Shown here in pieces: positions 39,003-53,393 of a stretch of DNA of 64,000 bases. A program made the translations under genes and the position numbers. Each line of letters opens with the position of its first letter. Within the stretch, counting starts at the first letter, position 1. The notes beneath the pieces were generated by a model. It was not told where the DNA came from, searched no databases, and saw only the letters and a program-made list of their open reading frames with translations. The stretch comes from Sarea resinae (lineage: Eukaryota), in contig JAPEUD010000029.1 of assembly GCA_026026165.1 (NCBI GenBank), positions 124,001-188,000 of the forward strand, written 5' to 3'.

Positions 39003-42000
39003 TCAAAACATCAATAGCCCCTGGCCGCCCCCTCCACCGCCCAAAGCACCCCGCTTGCCGCCCTCGGCCTTCCAGGTCGAGTAGGCGCAAAACTTGTCCT
39101 TGATGGCGATGACCTCGTACGTGCCCTCCTCCGAGGCCCGGACCGTCTTGGAGTGCTCGTACGAAATGTCGTGTTTGGTCTCGAGGACCTGGGAGCGTTT
39201 GCCTTTGCGGGGCGTGGTCGAGCGTGTATACCTAGAAGGAATCATCAGGCTTATGCGCGATTGAAAACTCACAGGACGATATCATGGTGCGAAATGAAGC
39301 CAAGGAAGTAAAGGGAAGGCCAGAAGACAGAAAAAAAAAAACTTACGTGAACTCGAATGGCGGCGTCCCCCCAAAATCAAACGTGATTTCCGCCTCGCCT
39401 CCCTCGTGGATGTCAACGACGGCATCTCTACCCTTTGACATCCTCACACTCGGCATCTGGTGAATGATTTTGGTAATCTCTGTTCTCGCCTTACAAGTAC
39501 TAGCGCCATCACCGATAGCAGTGATGGTGAAATTACCTGGTTTATCCGCAACACGTCGGAAGGTGGTGGATGTGGAGGTGGCTTTGCGGTCTAGGCCCTG
39601 GAAGTTGTAGAAGACGTTGAAGGGCTGGGTGCCAGAAAGCGTATATGAAATGCGGTCGCCGACGCAGTAGTCTACCCTGGATTCAATAGGCGAGATTGTC
39701 GGGACATCCGAGACGATGACTTGGACACGCGGCGGGTCGGTTTCCATTTTGCGCTGGCAGCCACGCGCATCGCGCACTTTGCGCATGCTGACGATATGAT
39801 TGCCAAGTGCGAGCACACGATGTGGGATGCGGAAGTCGTAGCGGTTGGAATCGATGTTGGGGACGCTAATGACCTGTGGTTTTGGGGAGCCGTGATGCTT
39901 GATGCTGACTTCGATGCTAAAGGGAGGAGTGCCGGATAGAGTGATAGGTATTACTTCATCGCCGGCTTCTTCCTCCTTACAGTAGCTGTAAGTCTTGCCC
40001 GGATTGCTGAATCGAGCCGAAGGCCTGGCGTTGACGCGCTGTTGGACTACCAGAGGGGCATGCTTCTTCGAATCGTGATCGTAGAGATGGTCTCCGAGCT
40101 CGTAGAATCTGTACTCGCACGTGCCAGCCTGTGAAGTCTCCATCCGGATAGATGCAATTCCAAGACCAGCTGTGAACTCCTTCCTGTTGAGTGAAGCAGA
40201 TCCGCGCTCTGGCTTGAGATGTTGCTCGTATTTGATATGATATGGGGGTGTGCCTATACATCAGCAATTAGCAAAGTTCTTCGATATTGGAAACGCCATT
40301 CTTACCACTGAGATTCACTTCAAAGTCATCATCTTCTCCTTCGCACACTTCACTCTTAACATACTTATTGCCTACTCGTTGAAGCACAGGACTCTCTGAG
40401 ACAGAGATGCTTGGCCTTGGAATCCAGGCAACATCAAATATATTGCCGGAATGGTCAACTGTTCCAGGACAGACCGCATCTTGCACATCAACAATCTCGT
40501 AGGTACCCTGATCCTTGACCTCAATGACATCGTTCTTGTATTGCACCTTCTTCTCGAGAACCCTCGCGGTGGAGTCGTTGAGATTGCGATATTGCAGGGA
40601 CCAAGGCGGCTCTCCTGTAAGACGTAACGGCAAACTCACTCGCTTACCCTCTAAGATCAGTGCGCTCCGTTTAGACTCCAATTGACCGAAAGAAACCTTG
40701 GGTCGCTGACGGCGGACATCTATCTTGGCCTCTTGGTCCAAGAATATCTTGCAGCCAGACTTGTCGGTGACACTGGCCAGTGCCAAAGAGTATTCACCGC
40801 CATCCACAAGCTTTTCTGTTGTGATTGTATAATATTCGGACTCGATGTTGGGGATGGTATGCTTCCTTCTCCTGCCACCATGGACAAGTTCGTACTCCAA
40901 AGTCCAGGGCCCTTCTCCTTGAAGTCTGAGATCAAAGGAGACAGGCTCCTCGATGCAAGCTTGTTTCTTGTAGTCACCGCCAATAAAATGAGCTGACGCT
41001 GGCGGCTTGACGTCCTGTTCCAGATCAAGCCCTTTGGCCTGCAGAGAATGTGAGGGATAGACCGAGTCTCCTACGCCCAGGAAACGGTAGGTATAATGAC
41101 CAGCTTCTTCCGGTTTGAGTTCCAACTGGCCTCTCAAACGATCGAAATCTTTCTGCCTATGGAACACTTGCCTATCTTTCGCTCGGACTTCATTGTAGTA
41201 TACCCTGAAAGGTGGAGTTCCGATTAGGTCAAGATCAACCAGGAGACCAATCGAGTTTCCTGCGCATTTGTCGTAGATTTTCTCCGAGGTGAGGGATAAG
41301 TCCGGCTCGGGAGGATTGTAAAGTAAGCAGGAAGTAGGCTCTAGAATATCGCCACTGCAGTATTCGCTAGTGACTGACTTCAGGGTGTAAAGGCCAGGTT
41401 GCTGGATTTCAGGCTGGTCATGTCCTTTGGGCAATACAAAGTCTAGCATTCTTGCATCTGCCGAGTGCTCTCCGTTAGCTGCTAATTGCTCTAGAGGCGT
41501 GAAGAGGTACGAGACGGTGAACGATGCATCTGCTTTCCCAGCTCGCCCTGAAGAAGTAAACTTCAGAGGGAGCCGAGCCGAATGGCCCTTGGCAACCTTC
41601 AATGGATGCTGAGAATCACACCCGTCCAAGGCTACCAGAGGTCGCTCATGTACAGCGAAGACCTGTTCCAGGTGGCTATCCTTGGGGGAGAAACGGTCGC
41701 TGTCTTCGTGACGGCGCGAATAGTTCGCGACATTGCCGCATGCATCGTGGACTTCATCAATAGAGTACAGCCAATGTCCGCTTGTACTCAAAGATTCATT
41801 CAAAGGCACACTTATACGCTGCGACTGCGCCCAGGAAACATCAGTGTTACTTTGAGTGATAAGGGCCCCCGAAGTCCTCTGGCGAATGAGGGGCGATATG
41901 AGATTTTCCGGCTGAATGCTCTGGAAAGAAAATCCGCGGTCCTCCCGATTGACGCTTCGACTGTACTTGATCTTCAAAGGCGGCGTGCCTTCGACCTCCA

Positions 42001-43098
42001 ATACGAAATTGGAGAGTTCTCCTCTGCATTTGTTTGCTCCCACGGATTTCAGTGCAGCCTTGGGGCATGAAACCACGAGAGTATCGGATAATCTTCGTTG
42101 AACCTCGAGCTTTGACTTATCGATAACTTTTTGAAGTCGATATAATCCGGTCCGCTTCACAGGGAATCTCAGAAATCGCGGGCTTACAAGATCGCCCTTT
42201 GGCAGCTCTTTATCGGCTATCTTCTTCAATTTCTTTATCTGACCAGCGGATATAGTGACAGTCTCGTTTTCGTTCGAGTCGAGATCGAAGCGAAGTAGCT
42301 CGATTAAGATAGGGTCGGTCTGGTTGATACGAATGGGTAGTTGGATAGATGTCTTCGAGTTGTCGAGACAGAACGAGGTCTGTAGAGGATTTAAGACCGC
42401 CGAACTGTCTTACCATTAGCCTAACGCAACTTCAAGGTGTTCAAATGGTACGCACCCTTCTGGTAATATGTGAATAGTCTGCTTTCCCTGGATCAAGGAC
42501 GAGCTATGAAGCAAGTCCGCCCGCTTCACTCGATGTTCGGAAACCGAGAGTTCTCGGTCATACAGAATCCTCGTGAACGCTATCAACCACGCTTCGAGCG
42601 GGATCTAGAGAAACATCAGCAGCGTCCTGACATTGCGCAGAGGGAGCCACAGACAGGAATACGGAACATCATCAGTCCGTCCAAAAAAGCATGAAGAAAA
42701 AACAGAACGGTTGTGGTGGAAGTTGACCACTCGAGCCAAGGCACTCTCATGGCTGGGAGGCCATAGAGAAAGGCGCCGTCTATTGCGGCCCACTTCATGA
42801 AGAGCCAAAGAGAGTCTACATCATCTGCGACTAGCCGCCAGTAGTCGTAGAAGCGCCATGCCATGAGGCCGAAATAGAATGCAAGCACGTAGAGTCGTTG
42901 CGACGGAGCGTCAATGACATCGAAGGGGATCAATGGCGTGCTGAAGTCATCCTTGCCGCGGGCTGTTCCTGATGGCATATCCTGCAACTTCGATGCGGAA
43001 CCCAGACCCCCGGAACCACCGCCATACTGCGACGGTCTCTTCTGGTCGGTCCGGGGAGTCGAAGGGTAGGCCGCATGGAGGCGGGGCGTGCCGTTCAT
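39003..43098 (-). CDS. POM152: Transmembrane nucleoporin Pom152; multi-exon
   Basis: [49 protein letters not shown]; repeated Ig-like GxPPF / DACG motifs; [13 protein letters not shown]. Confidence 0.94.
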
Positions 43099-43325
43099 TG
43101 ACGCAAACACGGCGGGGATTCAAGCTTGGTGAGCATAAGAAGTGGCGAAATTTGATGGTGAGGATATCGACGAAGGTCCGTGGAGCTGCCGTCGTCACCG
43201 CTCTATCATGGAGAGCATTGGTGAAGAGTGCGAGGTGAGTATGCCGTCGTTATTGGAGATGAAGCTGGAGCAGTTGCGTAGCAGCCAAAGTAAATAATTG
43301 TCTGGGACGGCGTCTAGCTCGTAAA

Positions 43326-43331
43326 ACGCGT
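43326..43331. promoter_or_regulatory. MCB-like element (ACGCGT) in the POM152/POP4 bidirectional promoter
   Basis: AAAACGCGT in a 418-bp divergent intergenic region. Confidence 0.25.
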
Positions 43332-43516
43332 GTGGTACGTATCTTCGTACCTATTAACGATCTCTACGCGATATCTGTACGAAGTAGGTACTACGTACTT
43401 CCGTACTCTTGCTCAACCTTTGACGCAGTACTTTTCGTACTCGTGGAGTGCGGCATCAACTTCCTTCCCATCTACTACAGTGGATGAATGACCGGCATAC
43501 CTAATCTCCAGGTATA

Positions 43517-44259
43517 ATGGCCTCTAGTCGATCCCCTCACATCGCGCACGAGCTACTATCGCGCGCCTTCCCAAGCGCAGACGCAGATCGAATCTTCTCC
43601 GAAAAGGTCCAACAGAAGCCATTATTCCTACGCCCAACGAACCCCGAAGGCCTCGACGCACGAGAGAGCCGGCGTCGTTCGCGCAAGCTCAAGGTACGCC
43701 AGCTCTCGAAAGGCCAGAAACCAAAGCCACTGTCGGCCCGCGAGAAGCGCGCATTATGTATCTACGAGGTACCGAAGGAGGCGCAGAGATATGACATCTA
43801 CGAGCCGCTGCATCGGATGTGGGTGGGCTATATGCAGGAGGTCCTGGGTCAGGGGACTGTGAATGCCCAGAGCGCCGTGAAACTCGTCAGTGCGGATTTT
43901 CACGGGGCTGATATCGAGGTCGTAAGGGCGAGATCCGTGACTCGGGTAGGGCTGAGAGGCATTGTCGTCAAGGACACTAAATTCACGTTCGAAATCATCA
44001 CCAGGGGTAATCAGTTGAAGAGTAAGTCTATTGCAATGACTCAATTCCACTTTAACCAAGACATGCGCTGATTTCTCCAACAGCCCTACCAAAAGTCCAC
44101 TCTGTATTCCGATTTGAAGTGCCACAAAAAGCGAATGAAACCCCAACAGAGGAAAAGCGACGACCCCTGGTATTCGAGCTGCACGGATCACAAATCCAGA
44201 ACCGGGCTACCGACCGAGCGAACAAGAAATTCAAGCAAAGAGATCTCGAGGATTTATGA
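43517..44259 (+). CDS. POP4: RNase P/MRP subunit p29; intron about 44022-44082
   Basis: KPKPLSAREKR; YEPLHRMWVGYM; KLVSADFHGA; GIVVKDTKFTF; PKVHSVFRFEV; ELHGSQIQNRATDRANKKFK. Confidence 0.93.
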
Positions 44260-45957
44260 AGGAATGCAACCTCTAAGTTAACACCATCATCATCAGCATC
44301 CCAAGTCCTTTGACGCGTCTCCGGAATTCCAGGCTCTCTCGACGCTTGCCCCGTCCAACAGAGACGCAGCAACGGTCGCATTAGGCCGGCTGCAGATGCA
44401 CAGAGCTCTCACAAATCCCACACAGCACTAGGAGCTTGATTTTCATACGGGAATCAACATTGGACGCGGACGCTGATGCCGCATGGCCAACGCATGACGC
44501 ACCCAAACCCTCCACCAGGGGCATCTGATACTCTTACGCAGCATGGTATTGACTCGTCTGCGCTTGATCGTTGAAGTCAGCCAGCCAGCTACATAGAGCC
44601 TACTCTAGACCTTAGGAGGCGAATTACGGTCAGAGAGTTCATGGATCTGGGAACAGATGGAGAACAGATGAGTGGCCAGCTATATGCTTGCATGGGTGGC
44701 AGAGCAAGGACCCTACCATTTACGGCGGTTGGGCGTGGTAACGAAGGTAATAATGCGAGGCAGTGTAAGAGCAAGGGATGTGAGCTGAGCCATAGGGCAA
44801 GGGCTTAAGAGCGGACTATTCTCCGCCTCTCCCATTCAGCGCAAGGATAAACAACATAGACAAAGAATAATCACTATCTGACAGATCATGTCAACCCGCT
44901 TAATGTTCAAAGTTTGTGAATTTTCTTCGTATTACTGAATATTAATCCTCGTCCTCTTCATTCGTGCTCGTGCCACTTTCCATCCCATGTTAGGGCAAGC
45001 GAGCGACTGCACTGCACAAACAGAGGCAAGAAACGATATCTATACATACAGAGGATACGAGCATCGCATCTCAATCTTTCACTCCTCCTTATCCGCCGAG
45101 ATCGCAATAAAGCGAGACTCATCTTAGGGATTGTGGTCCAAAGATAAGACGGAACTTTGTTGTCTTCAACTCCTCAACAAAACGAAACAAAACAAAGGTT
45201 AAGGGGGAAAGGATACCAAAACAACGCCGCGGTCTCCCATGATTAAAAATATAGTGACTCGTAAGAATCATGCAAACAATTGCTTTCCCAGACCGCGAGG
45301 AAAGCATGAAAACGCCCCTCAAAGTCTATTTACCGCAGGGAGACAAAGATGGCCATAACCATCGATTTGCAGCCTGATGCAAAGAAGGCCCTTCGATTCC
45401 ATTCCTTCATGCGGGACAGGGCGAAAGAAAGGAACTTGTATGACCCGTAAACCACGAATAAGACAACTAACCCCAAAGCAAACAACCGAATGCATATACG
45501 CAGACAGAAAAAGTATGCCAAGAGAACGGCATCCGGAGCCTAAGCAGCGAAGAGGCAGAAAAGGATGCTGCGGCTCTGCGATACCGTTGCCATTAATTAT
45601 TAGACACTGCCACCTTATCCAATGAGGGCAGCGTATCGTGGTGCATGGGAAAATACACCATTCGTGTATTAATAAAACTTGCCACCCAGGCGCTGAGTGG
45701 GTCCTCGAAGTAGAAGTCAAAGAGCCCCAGCTGACAGTCACGGGTGTGTGAATATAAAGGCCAGCCATCGATGGGTTCAATGACGGGAAAGCGGCTCGCC
45801 AATCAAATGCACATAACACCATCGCTCAGATGCGAAACTCCATTCCATGTCGCCGTAAAATCATCAAAACAGCATCGTCAACGTCGAGGTTCAGCAGGTC
45901 GTTCTTGCCAAACGGTAAAGAGCGTCAGGAATCAGAAAAGGAACCGAACAAGCCGAA

Positions 45958-47467
45958 TTATCGGCTTTGCTCATGATCCGAATGCGAGGTGACCGTCTCT
46001 CCCTCCCACAATGACTGAACCTCGTCAATCGGGCTAATCGAACCAGTGGAAGACCTTCCAGAGATGGAGGATGAGGAGCCGATCGTCCATTCGTCGCTAT
46101 CCGAATTACCATGGAAGTCGGCGTCAATATCAGCAAGACCGTAGGTATAGCCCTCTGGTACATCGCCGAATTCCGTGTAGTCATAGTCCCATCGGAAAAG
46201 CTTGTCTCCTTGGCGTCTGGGCAAGAACTTGGCCTTAGCAACGTAAAATGTAACAGCGGCCACTGAGGAAACGTTAGCTTTATTCAATTTTCTGGTCGAA
46301 ATATGCCACTCACAAAGACCTCCACCAATCAGATCCACGGCGTAGTGATGAGAAAGGTACATGGTAGCCCACCAGATCCAAAGAGTATAGATCACAAACA
46401 AGGGTCGAAGGCTCGGGAAGACATGGCTCATGAACAACGCTTCGAGGGTGGCACAGCCAGCATGCAGCGAAGGAAAAGCACCGAAAACCACGGGAGAGGC
46501 AGTGAATGTTGACGTATATAAGTCAATGCCAAATAGTTTGTCGATACGGGCGAGGCCTGCAGGCGATCCCTTCATTGCGTAGTTTGCTGGTGCGAGTCCG
46601 TACATGTTCTCATACCAAGGCGGCGAGCATGGGAACAAGAGTTGGATCAGAACGCCGATCAGGTTCATATACCCCAAGCTCCGGGCGAACACTGGAACGG
46701 TACCAGGGGCAGAAAATATGAACATGATAGCCGAGCACACGAACGGTGCCCCATAATGGGCAATGCCGTATGGCAACCAGGCCAAGACGTCGAGGACCAC
46801 ATGTTTATGGGCGGACAGGATGTTGCTCAAATTGGCGCCATAGAAGATGTTCTCAAGAGTTGGGAGGACTTTGACCCAAATTGGTGGTCGCCATTCGCCT
46901 GGGATGAATCTGTAGAAAGTGAATTGTTAGTTGCCGTTGCCCCTTTCGCTCTTTCCCAGAATGGATCAAAACATGACGTGTCCCCAAGGGGTCCGAACAC
47001 CAAACAAGACAAGCAGAGGATTGCCCAGGAACTTACCGACAAGCGTAGAACAGGATGAGCCAACAGGCGATCGGGAGGAAGGGCAGAAAGAATTGTCGTG
47101 TAATAGGAAGTGTCAAAGAAGTGAGTAATAGGGTCGCGACGAAAGTCTTGAACAGAGGGCCAGGAGTTTCGATGATGCATAACGAGAAGATGCCAAAGAT
47201 CATGAGGATCAGGTATTGGCCATCGTAGTAAGACCAGCGGTGGGCTCGGAGAGAGCGAAGCGTGTCGGCTGGAGAGAACGAGGTTTGGAGGGTCGCGAGC
47301 CCAGAAGCCGGTGACTGTCTGCTGCGTAGCTTAGACCGCAACTTGCGACGAAGGCGATAAGGGACGAAGGAGGGCATCGATGGCCATGAGAATGGCACCT
47401 TCGATTTGGTGAAGGTAGTTTGCGGCATGTCGTCCCGCGTAGAAAAGTATGCCGCTTTCTTCATCAT
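45958..47467 (-). CDS. AUR1: Inositol phosphorylceramide synthase (aureobasidin resistance protein); 3 exons; start may be 47428
   Basis: ITRQFFLPFLPI; WRPPIWVKVLPTLENIFYG; LAWLPYG; PCSPPWYE; FGAFPSLH; WATMYLSHHYAVDL. Confidence 0.95.
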
Positions 47468-48017
47468 CCAAGCAGACGCGGAAACAATGTTGGCAGGCTG
47501 GCCCTTCGGACGGCCACCTCAAGTCCTTCACCCCGAACAACACAACCAAGCTTGGCGTCCACGGCGAGAGAGGAGGACAGCTGATTGCTGAAGCGATTAT
47601 GTGACAGAGGCACTTTTGGGAGGTGCTTCAGCAGGTCGGGGTGATTAGAGATCGGTAAAGGGTTATCCGATCGAGGTGGATGGGAGAATGAGAAGAGTGA
47701 GGATGGAGAAAGAGGCGAGGAAAGAGGACGCAAGTGCTCTTCTGTAGGCTGCACGATGATCGATGATGCTGCGCACGAGGCGGTGCCAGAGCAGACGGAG
47801 CCGAACCGATTCGAAGTCGTGCGAGGTCACTCGTTCACTTTCTGACGTTACTGGCAACGCTCAGACGGTCTGGCCAACGACGTCTACCGTGGCGAACCTC
47901 TTGAAGAACGAGGATGGCGGCGGGTTAGAAGACGGATGGGAGAAGATGAGTGGTGAGGAGCGAAAGGGAATGGATGATGGTCGACGACGAGGAAAGAGTG
48001 AAAGGTGAGGGTGCGAG

Positions 48018-48037
48018 CGAGAGAGAGAGAGAGAGAG
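48018..48037 (+). repeat. (GA)n microsatellite upstream of AUR1
   Basis: Read directly. Confidence 0.85.
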
Positions 48038-50884
48038 ACAGAGGGCGAGAGAGGAAAAGATGCCGTGGAAGGAAAGAGCGAGAGGATCAAGGGTTGCACA
48101 CGGATCGGCATCAGCGTCAAGATGCGAAGATACTTGTCGGTACTTATCATCGACGAGTACCTCCATGACCGACGCGGTACCTGGGGTTTGGCTTTGATTA
48201 CGGCCAGCCACCACGGTACCCCTTCGCATGGACTTCATCTTACCTTAATAATCGCTCCCAGTACTAGAGTAGTACTGGGTGTACCTTACTAAGGTATCTG
48301 GACTGAAATTGCCCACACATTCATCTGCTCTCACTACGTAAGTCACTCCGAATTGGTCGACCATCAGCCATTTCACCACATCAAACAAGACACAAGAGAG
48401 CATCCGGCCGTGGCCATAGTATAGGATCCATCGAATGGGCTCCATACTATGGCAGTAAGGTGCAACCTTGGATGGTACTCGAGTCAATGGCAGCTGGCAA
48501 GGTACATTGGATGGTAGGGTCGGGTACCTCAGGAAGGAACGAGGGAAGCGAAAGTACTCGGCTATACTTGTCGCTAGCGGCAGCCCAGTCTCTTTCGGAC
48601 GACTAAGGTAATTTCCTCATGCTTTTGCCAAGCCCCGGAGTCTCAACTCGCAACTCGCAACTCGTACTCTACGGAGTACTGATATTAGACGTGATCGGAG
48701 CTCGATATTACTCGAAAGGGCCAAGGCACAACCGCCCATGGCCCGACAGATTTCCGTGCGCCGTGCTCTGTTTCTGGCCGTGGTTGCGAGAGCCCATCAG
48801 GAATCCGTCTCCTTAGCAAACTCCACAGTCCTTCATCATGTCGATTCCGAATCATGTTGATCTCATTGCTTCTACGCTGTAGTTTCTCCCTTCTTGCCTT
48901 GCCTGGCCTCACCTCACATTGATGTGTTGATCCCGCATTTGACCTTTCTTGCTCTCCCTCCCGCCCCCTCCCTCCCAAGACCCCGTGGACGTTAGGGAGG
49001 CTCGGATGACGTGAGATGCATCACCCATACCTCCACGTTCCTGCACTCTCTTGATTGGCTACCTTGTTCAGCCCGGTACGCAATGACCATGCAGACCGCC
49101 CCGATCACGACAATCGCTGCATTATTCGTCCATGTTGCAAGAAGAAGATCATCTGTGCAGCAGCAGCAGCAAAACGTCCGAGTTCAAGCACGAGGCCCAT
49201 CGTCATGCGGAGGAGGCGGCGGCGAATGCTCCGTCGACAGGCCCTCGGCCGTCGAATTGATCTCTGGACTACTTTATGTACAGCGGCTTCCAGTAGTGTA
49301 AAGTATGTACGGAGTAGTACTCGAAGCACTGGTAGTCGTATCTGGTAGAGTGACGGAGAATGGCAGTGAAGAATCTCAAGCGCCGAGAGACGGAGTCCCG
49401 GCACGTCTCATCCCCGGGCCCAAAGAAGGAATAAAACGCTTGAATAAAGAGGTGCATAAATTAGCTACGGTAAGGTAAGGTTAGTACTTCAGTAGATTAG
49501 GTAACCATACGGTGCCCTACTCGTAGGTAAAATCTCTCAGCTCGTCTCGCCTCGCCCCAAGGGCTCCCTACCTCATCCCACCAGTGGAAAAGACTGCCGC
49601 AAATTAATCTCAGAGTTTTCGCCTTCGTTCCCTCATCGCGGCTAGCCCGAGAACCCTAACGACTCGACCGTCCAAGGCGGATCCGTCGTCGTCGATAGTG
49701 GTCCACGGTCGGCCATAGTGCGTAGCTTAACACCACGCCGGCGCGTTACACGACGCGCCTGGGGCCTGTACGAGGCAAATAGGCCCCGTCCGTCAAAGCA
49801 GGTACCCGTCCTACCTTACCCACGGACAGATCCATCCATCATCCTCGAGCGCGCTTTTTCTAGCGCTTTTCGCTCTGTCCGTTCCCCCCCCCCCTCCCCC
49901 CTATTCTGGAGTGGTACCAGACCGCCATCCTGTCTAGCTAGCCCATCAATCTACTCTAGGTATTCATTCGGCCTTTGACCCGACCTCTAGCGAACGAGCA
50001 CATGGCGATCATCGAGATCGCACAGCCAGAGAGACGGCGGGAAGAAAAGAGGACCGACTATGACAGCACCACACCCCTCTCTACCTAGAATAGATGAAGA
50101 AATCCTTGTCAAAGTCTTCTTCTACCTACCTGCCAAAGCTCTCTCTCATTGAAGTTCCATTATTCAGATGCAATTGGAGATCCATCATGCCGAACGATAG
50201 CCACTTGCAAGTTTTCTCCTTTCAATATCAACTACCTGATTTGGGTAGTCATTCCAACTGCTTTACGATCTCAGATCATTCCAAGAGTCCGGACAAGAGG
50301 CGAAAGCATCATGCAGCAGCAACGTTTCTTCATAGTAGTTCATTCATCATGCTATGTATGACATCATCCATCGTCCAGCCATGTCCCTTCCCCTAATGTC
50401 CATTTCCCTTTTCCGAGGACACATATTACATTCCCCCCTTTCATCAAGTACATGAGTGCATGCTATGGAGAGGAGACAGAACGTACAGACTACAGGAGGT
50501 AGCAAGCGTTACCTGCTTTCGTCCCCAGAATAGCACACGCCAGAAACATGGAGGGAAGGGAATTCGTATGCCACGTCGTTCGTTCGTTCGCCCTTGTGTT
50601 TCTTTGCCCCGCCTATCCGTGGCTCCGAACGAAGAAGACAAGAGATGAAAAAAGAAAAGCAATCGTCCAAGTCCGGCGAAACTCCTCAGTCCTGATTACC
50701 ATCAAGAGGACCGACGCGATGCCAAAAATGCTTGATCCCCTCTTCCCAAAAGTAGTACCGACGCTTAAAAGACCGCCCGTCCCGGTTCGCCTGCCAAAAA
50801 GCCGTCCTTGGCCATGATAGAAGCGTCTACAAGGACCGCTCACGCCGTTTGGATTTCGTTTCGTTTCAGTCCTCGTCTTCGCAT

Positions 50885-53393
50885 TCATGAAGCGAAGAAC
50901 ATGTCAGTGGCGCTGAAACGATTGCTATTCAACTCGTCATCATTATTGAAAGCATCCTCGAATTTCTCCAAGAGAAGCAGACTCGGGTCCTTTTCGAGAG
51001 CAGTCATATTGGCTTCTGGCGCAAACGGATCCGAGAAAAAGTTGTCGACGTCATCCTGGCTATCCATTTTCGAGAAGCCGAAATTGTTGTCATCGTCATT
51101 ATTGCCCAGCATCATCCGACTCGGCCGTTCTTGGCTGCCGCCACTCGAGAAGTCTGACATGGCGTCGAAGTCGAAGAAGTCGGCTGCTGTCGGTGGAGAC
51201 GATGGACACAATTCAGGGGGGGTTCCGTAAAGGCTGCTGCCAGACTGGGCAGGAGATGCTGGGTTTGAGTGTTGCTCCTGTGCTTCAGTGGTTTGCTCCT
51301 CTGGGATGCTGGCCATCGAACCTCGCTTCTGAGACGGACTGTAAGCATTGGACTCCTGCTGTGAAGCTGGTAAAGGTGTGGACGCGAAAGTCTGGCCACT
51401 TTGGTTGGGAGAGTTGTGCTCTTCGGCTGAAAAAGAATGACCTGGAGACGTTGGAGGCGTGCTCGCAACTGTTTCCGACGAAAATGTATAGAAGTCACTC
51501 ATTAGCTGGGGTAATTGGTCGAAAGGACTAGAGTCGCGCGTGCTACTATTATCGTATTGTCGCGGAGATTGGGCGAACGAGCAATCCGACCCGCCGGAGG
51601 TAGAAGAAGCATATGTCCTAGCGGCGACTCTCTTTCTAGTTCTGGATGATTTGTCCAGACGGTCCTCAGCTGCTGGTCGGTTTTTACGAGGTCTTCCTCG
51701 TTTGGCAACCTTTTTGACGACCCCCTCAAAGGCGCCAATGCACATCCCACGTTGGCGATGCCTCGTCAGCGCATCATGTCGAGCAAAGCTGTTGCCGCAA
51801 AGACATGGATATGGTTTCACACCGCTGTGGATTTTTGCATGGCGCTTCAGGTCGTGCTGTCGTACAAAGCACTTCTGGCAATGATTACATCGGTATTGTC
51901 GGTCGCCGAGATGGGTCTGAACATGCGACTTGATGTTCTCCTTCCTGCCGAATTTCTTGTTGCACTCCGGATAGCGGCACGTCCATTTTCCATCGACAAG
52001 ATCTGGGCCATCGATATAGGTAGCGATATCATCCACGGTGATACCAGTATCCTCGATGGTGGCGTCGAGGCTCAAATCCGCAATGGAGGATGCTCGCTCT
52101 GACAGTGCTTCCTTACTTGGAGAGCCGGTCGAGTATAGCTCCGTCGCACTCTGTGAAGAAGGAAGCAACGAAGTGCCAGCGGGGGCGGACAGATTTGGCA
52201 AGGTAGTCCAAGGATCGTCAAACAAAGACATCTGAGCCAATTCAGGGGAGGAAGCTAACGAGGACAGCCTTGGCGATAAGTTGGAAGACTCCGGTGAGTA
52301 GCAAGAGGAGTCATATCCGACATCGCTTCCACCAAAGTTGATCGTGATGGCAGACGTGTCCATGAAATTTGGGTTGGGCATCGGTGCTAGATCGAATGTG
52401 CTGGAGGACTTCAGGGGTGCCGTGTTCGGTGGAGATGGCAGCGCCTCATTGTTGTATCCTCGGCCATTCAACGGAAATATCTCTTGACAAGAGAGCGGAC
52501 GCTTGGCTATGCTTGATCGAGAGGCCTTAACCGTGTCGTCCCCATCTCTATTCGACGGTAAATGTTGGACGGTTGCCCGCTCAGCTCGGGAAATCCGTTG
52601 GTATGGTGTTGTGGCTGGCGTGATGGGAGCATAACCTACGCAAGGTGAGTGATATCCTCTTGGAGGGGGTAGGTTTTGACAAACTTGAATTACTCTGAAG
52701 AGGAGGAGTGACTGGTCTCTGCCGTTGCTGCTGCGTGTGCCAATTTGATTGCAGAGACTGACTGCTCGCGTTCATAACTCCCCCCTTGCCATCGGCTTCT
52801 ACATCGCAAAGTCTCTGGTCCTTCTCCTGGATATTAACTTTACCATCCGCAGACAGTCCAAGCCCGAAGCCATCAAGGCGACCAGCGGGATTGGACATGT
52901 CGAAATCATATTCTAGATATGATGATCTGTCTTGTGCATTCTGACCGAAAAAGGAGTTGTCGGGATTCAGATCCGAACTAATGCTCAGACATGAAGTCAA
53001 ATTAGATTGTTGAAATTGTGCGTCGAATTGTTGTTGTTGATTTGATTGAGAATCAAATCCCTGCCGCTGGGGCAGTAGTGGCCGATCCGGCTGCTGGCCC
53101 GGTCGAAACAGTCGCTGCTGCTGCGCTTCTTGCAAAGCTTGCTGTGTGTCGTATTGTAATCCTGTGTTAGTAGTACTTACCGATTTGTCATCCTGCGTGG
53201 ATTGTCGTCGTTGTTGTCGTTGTGGTGATTGTTGTCTGTCCATGCTTAGGCCTCGTCTACGAGAGCCATTCCGCTGGAGTGGTGTTGCAGGAAGAATTGG
53301 AACCTTCGGGGCGTTGAAAGCCTTTGGTGTCGAATTTTGCCGTCGATGCTGGCGTTGTCGATGTTGAAGGTTGTTACTGGGATTGGACAGCAT
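50885..53393 (-). CDS. ACE2: C2H2 zinc-finger transcription factor, Ace2/Swi5 family; intron 52636-52684
   Basis: N-terminal HRRQNSTP and RRGLS; YAPITPATTP; fingers CRYPECNKKFGRKENIKSHVQTH, CNHCQKCFVRQHDLKRHAKIH, CLCGNSFARHDALTRHRQRGMC; AT-hook KRGRPRK. Confidence 0.88.

Noticed and set aside
47464..47754. Upstream ORF whose stop overlaps the AUR1 ATG
   Set aside because: It starts with GTG and has pyrimidine-rich leader composition. There is no support for translation.
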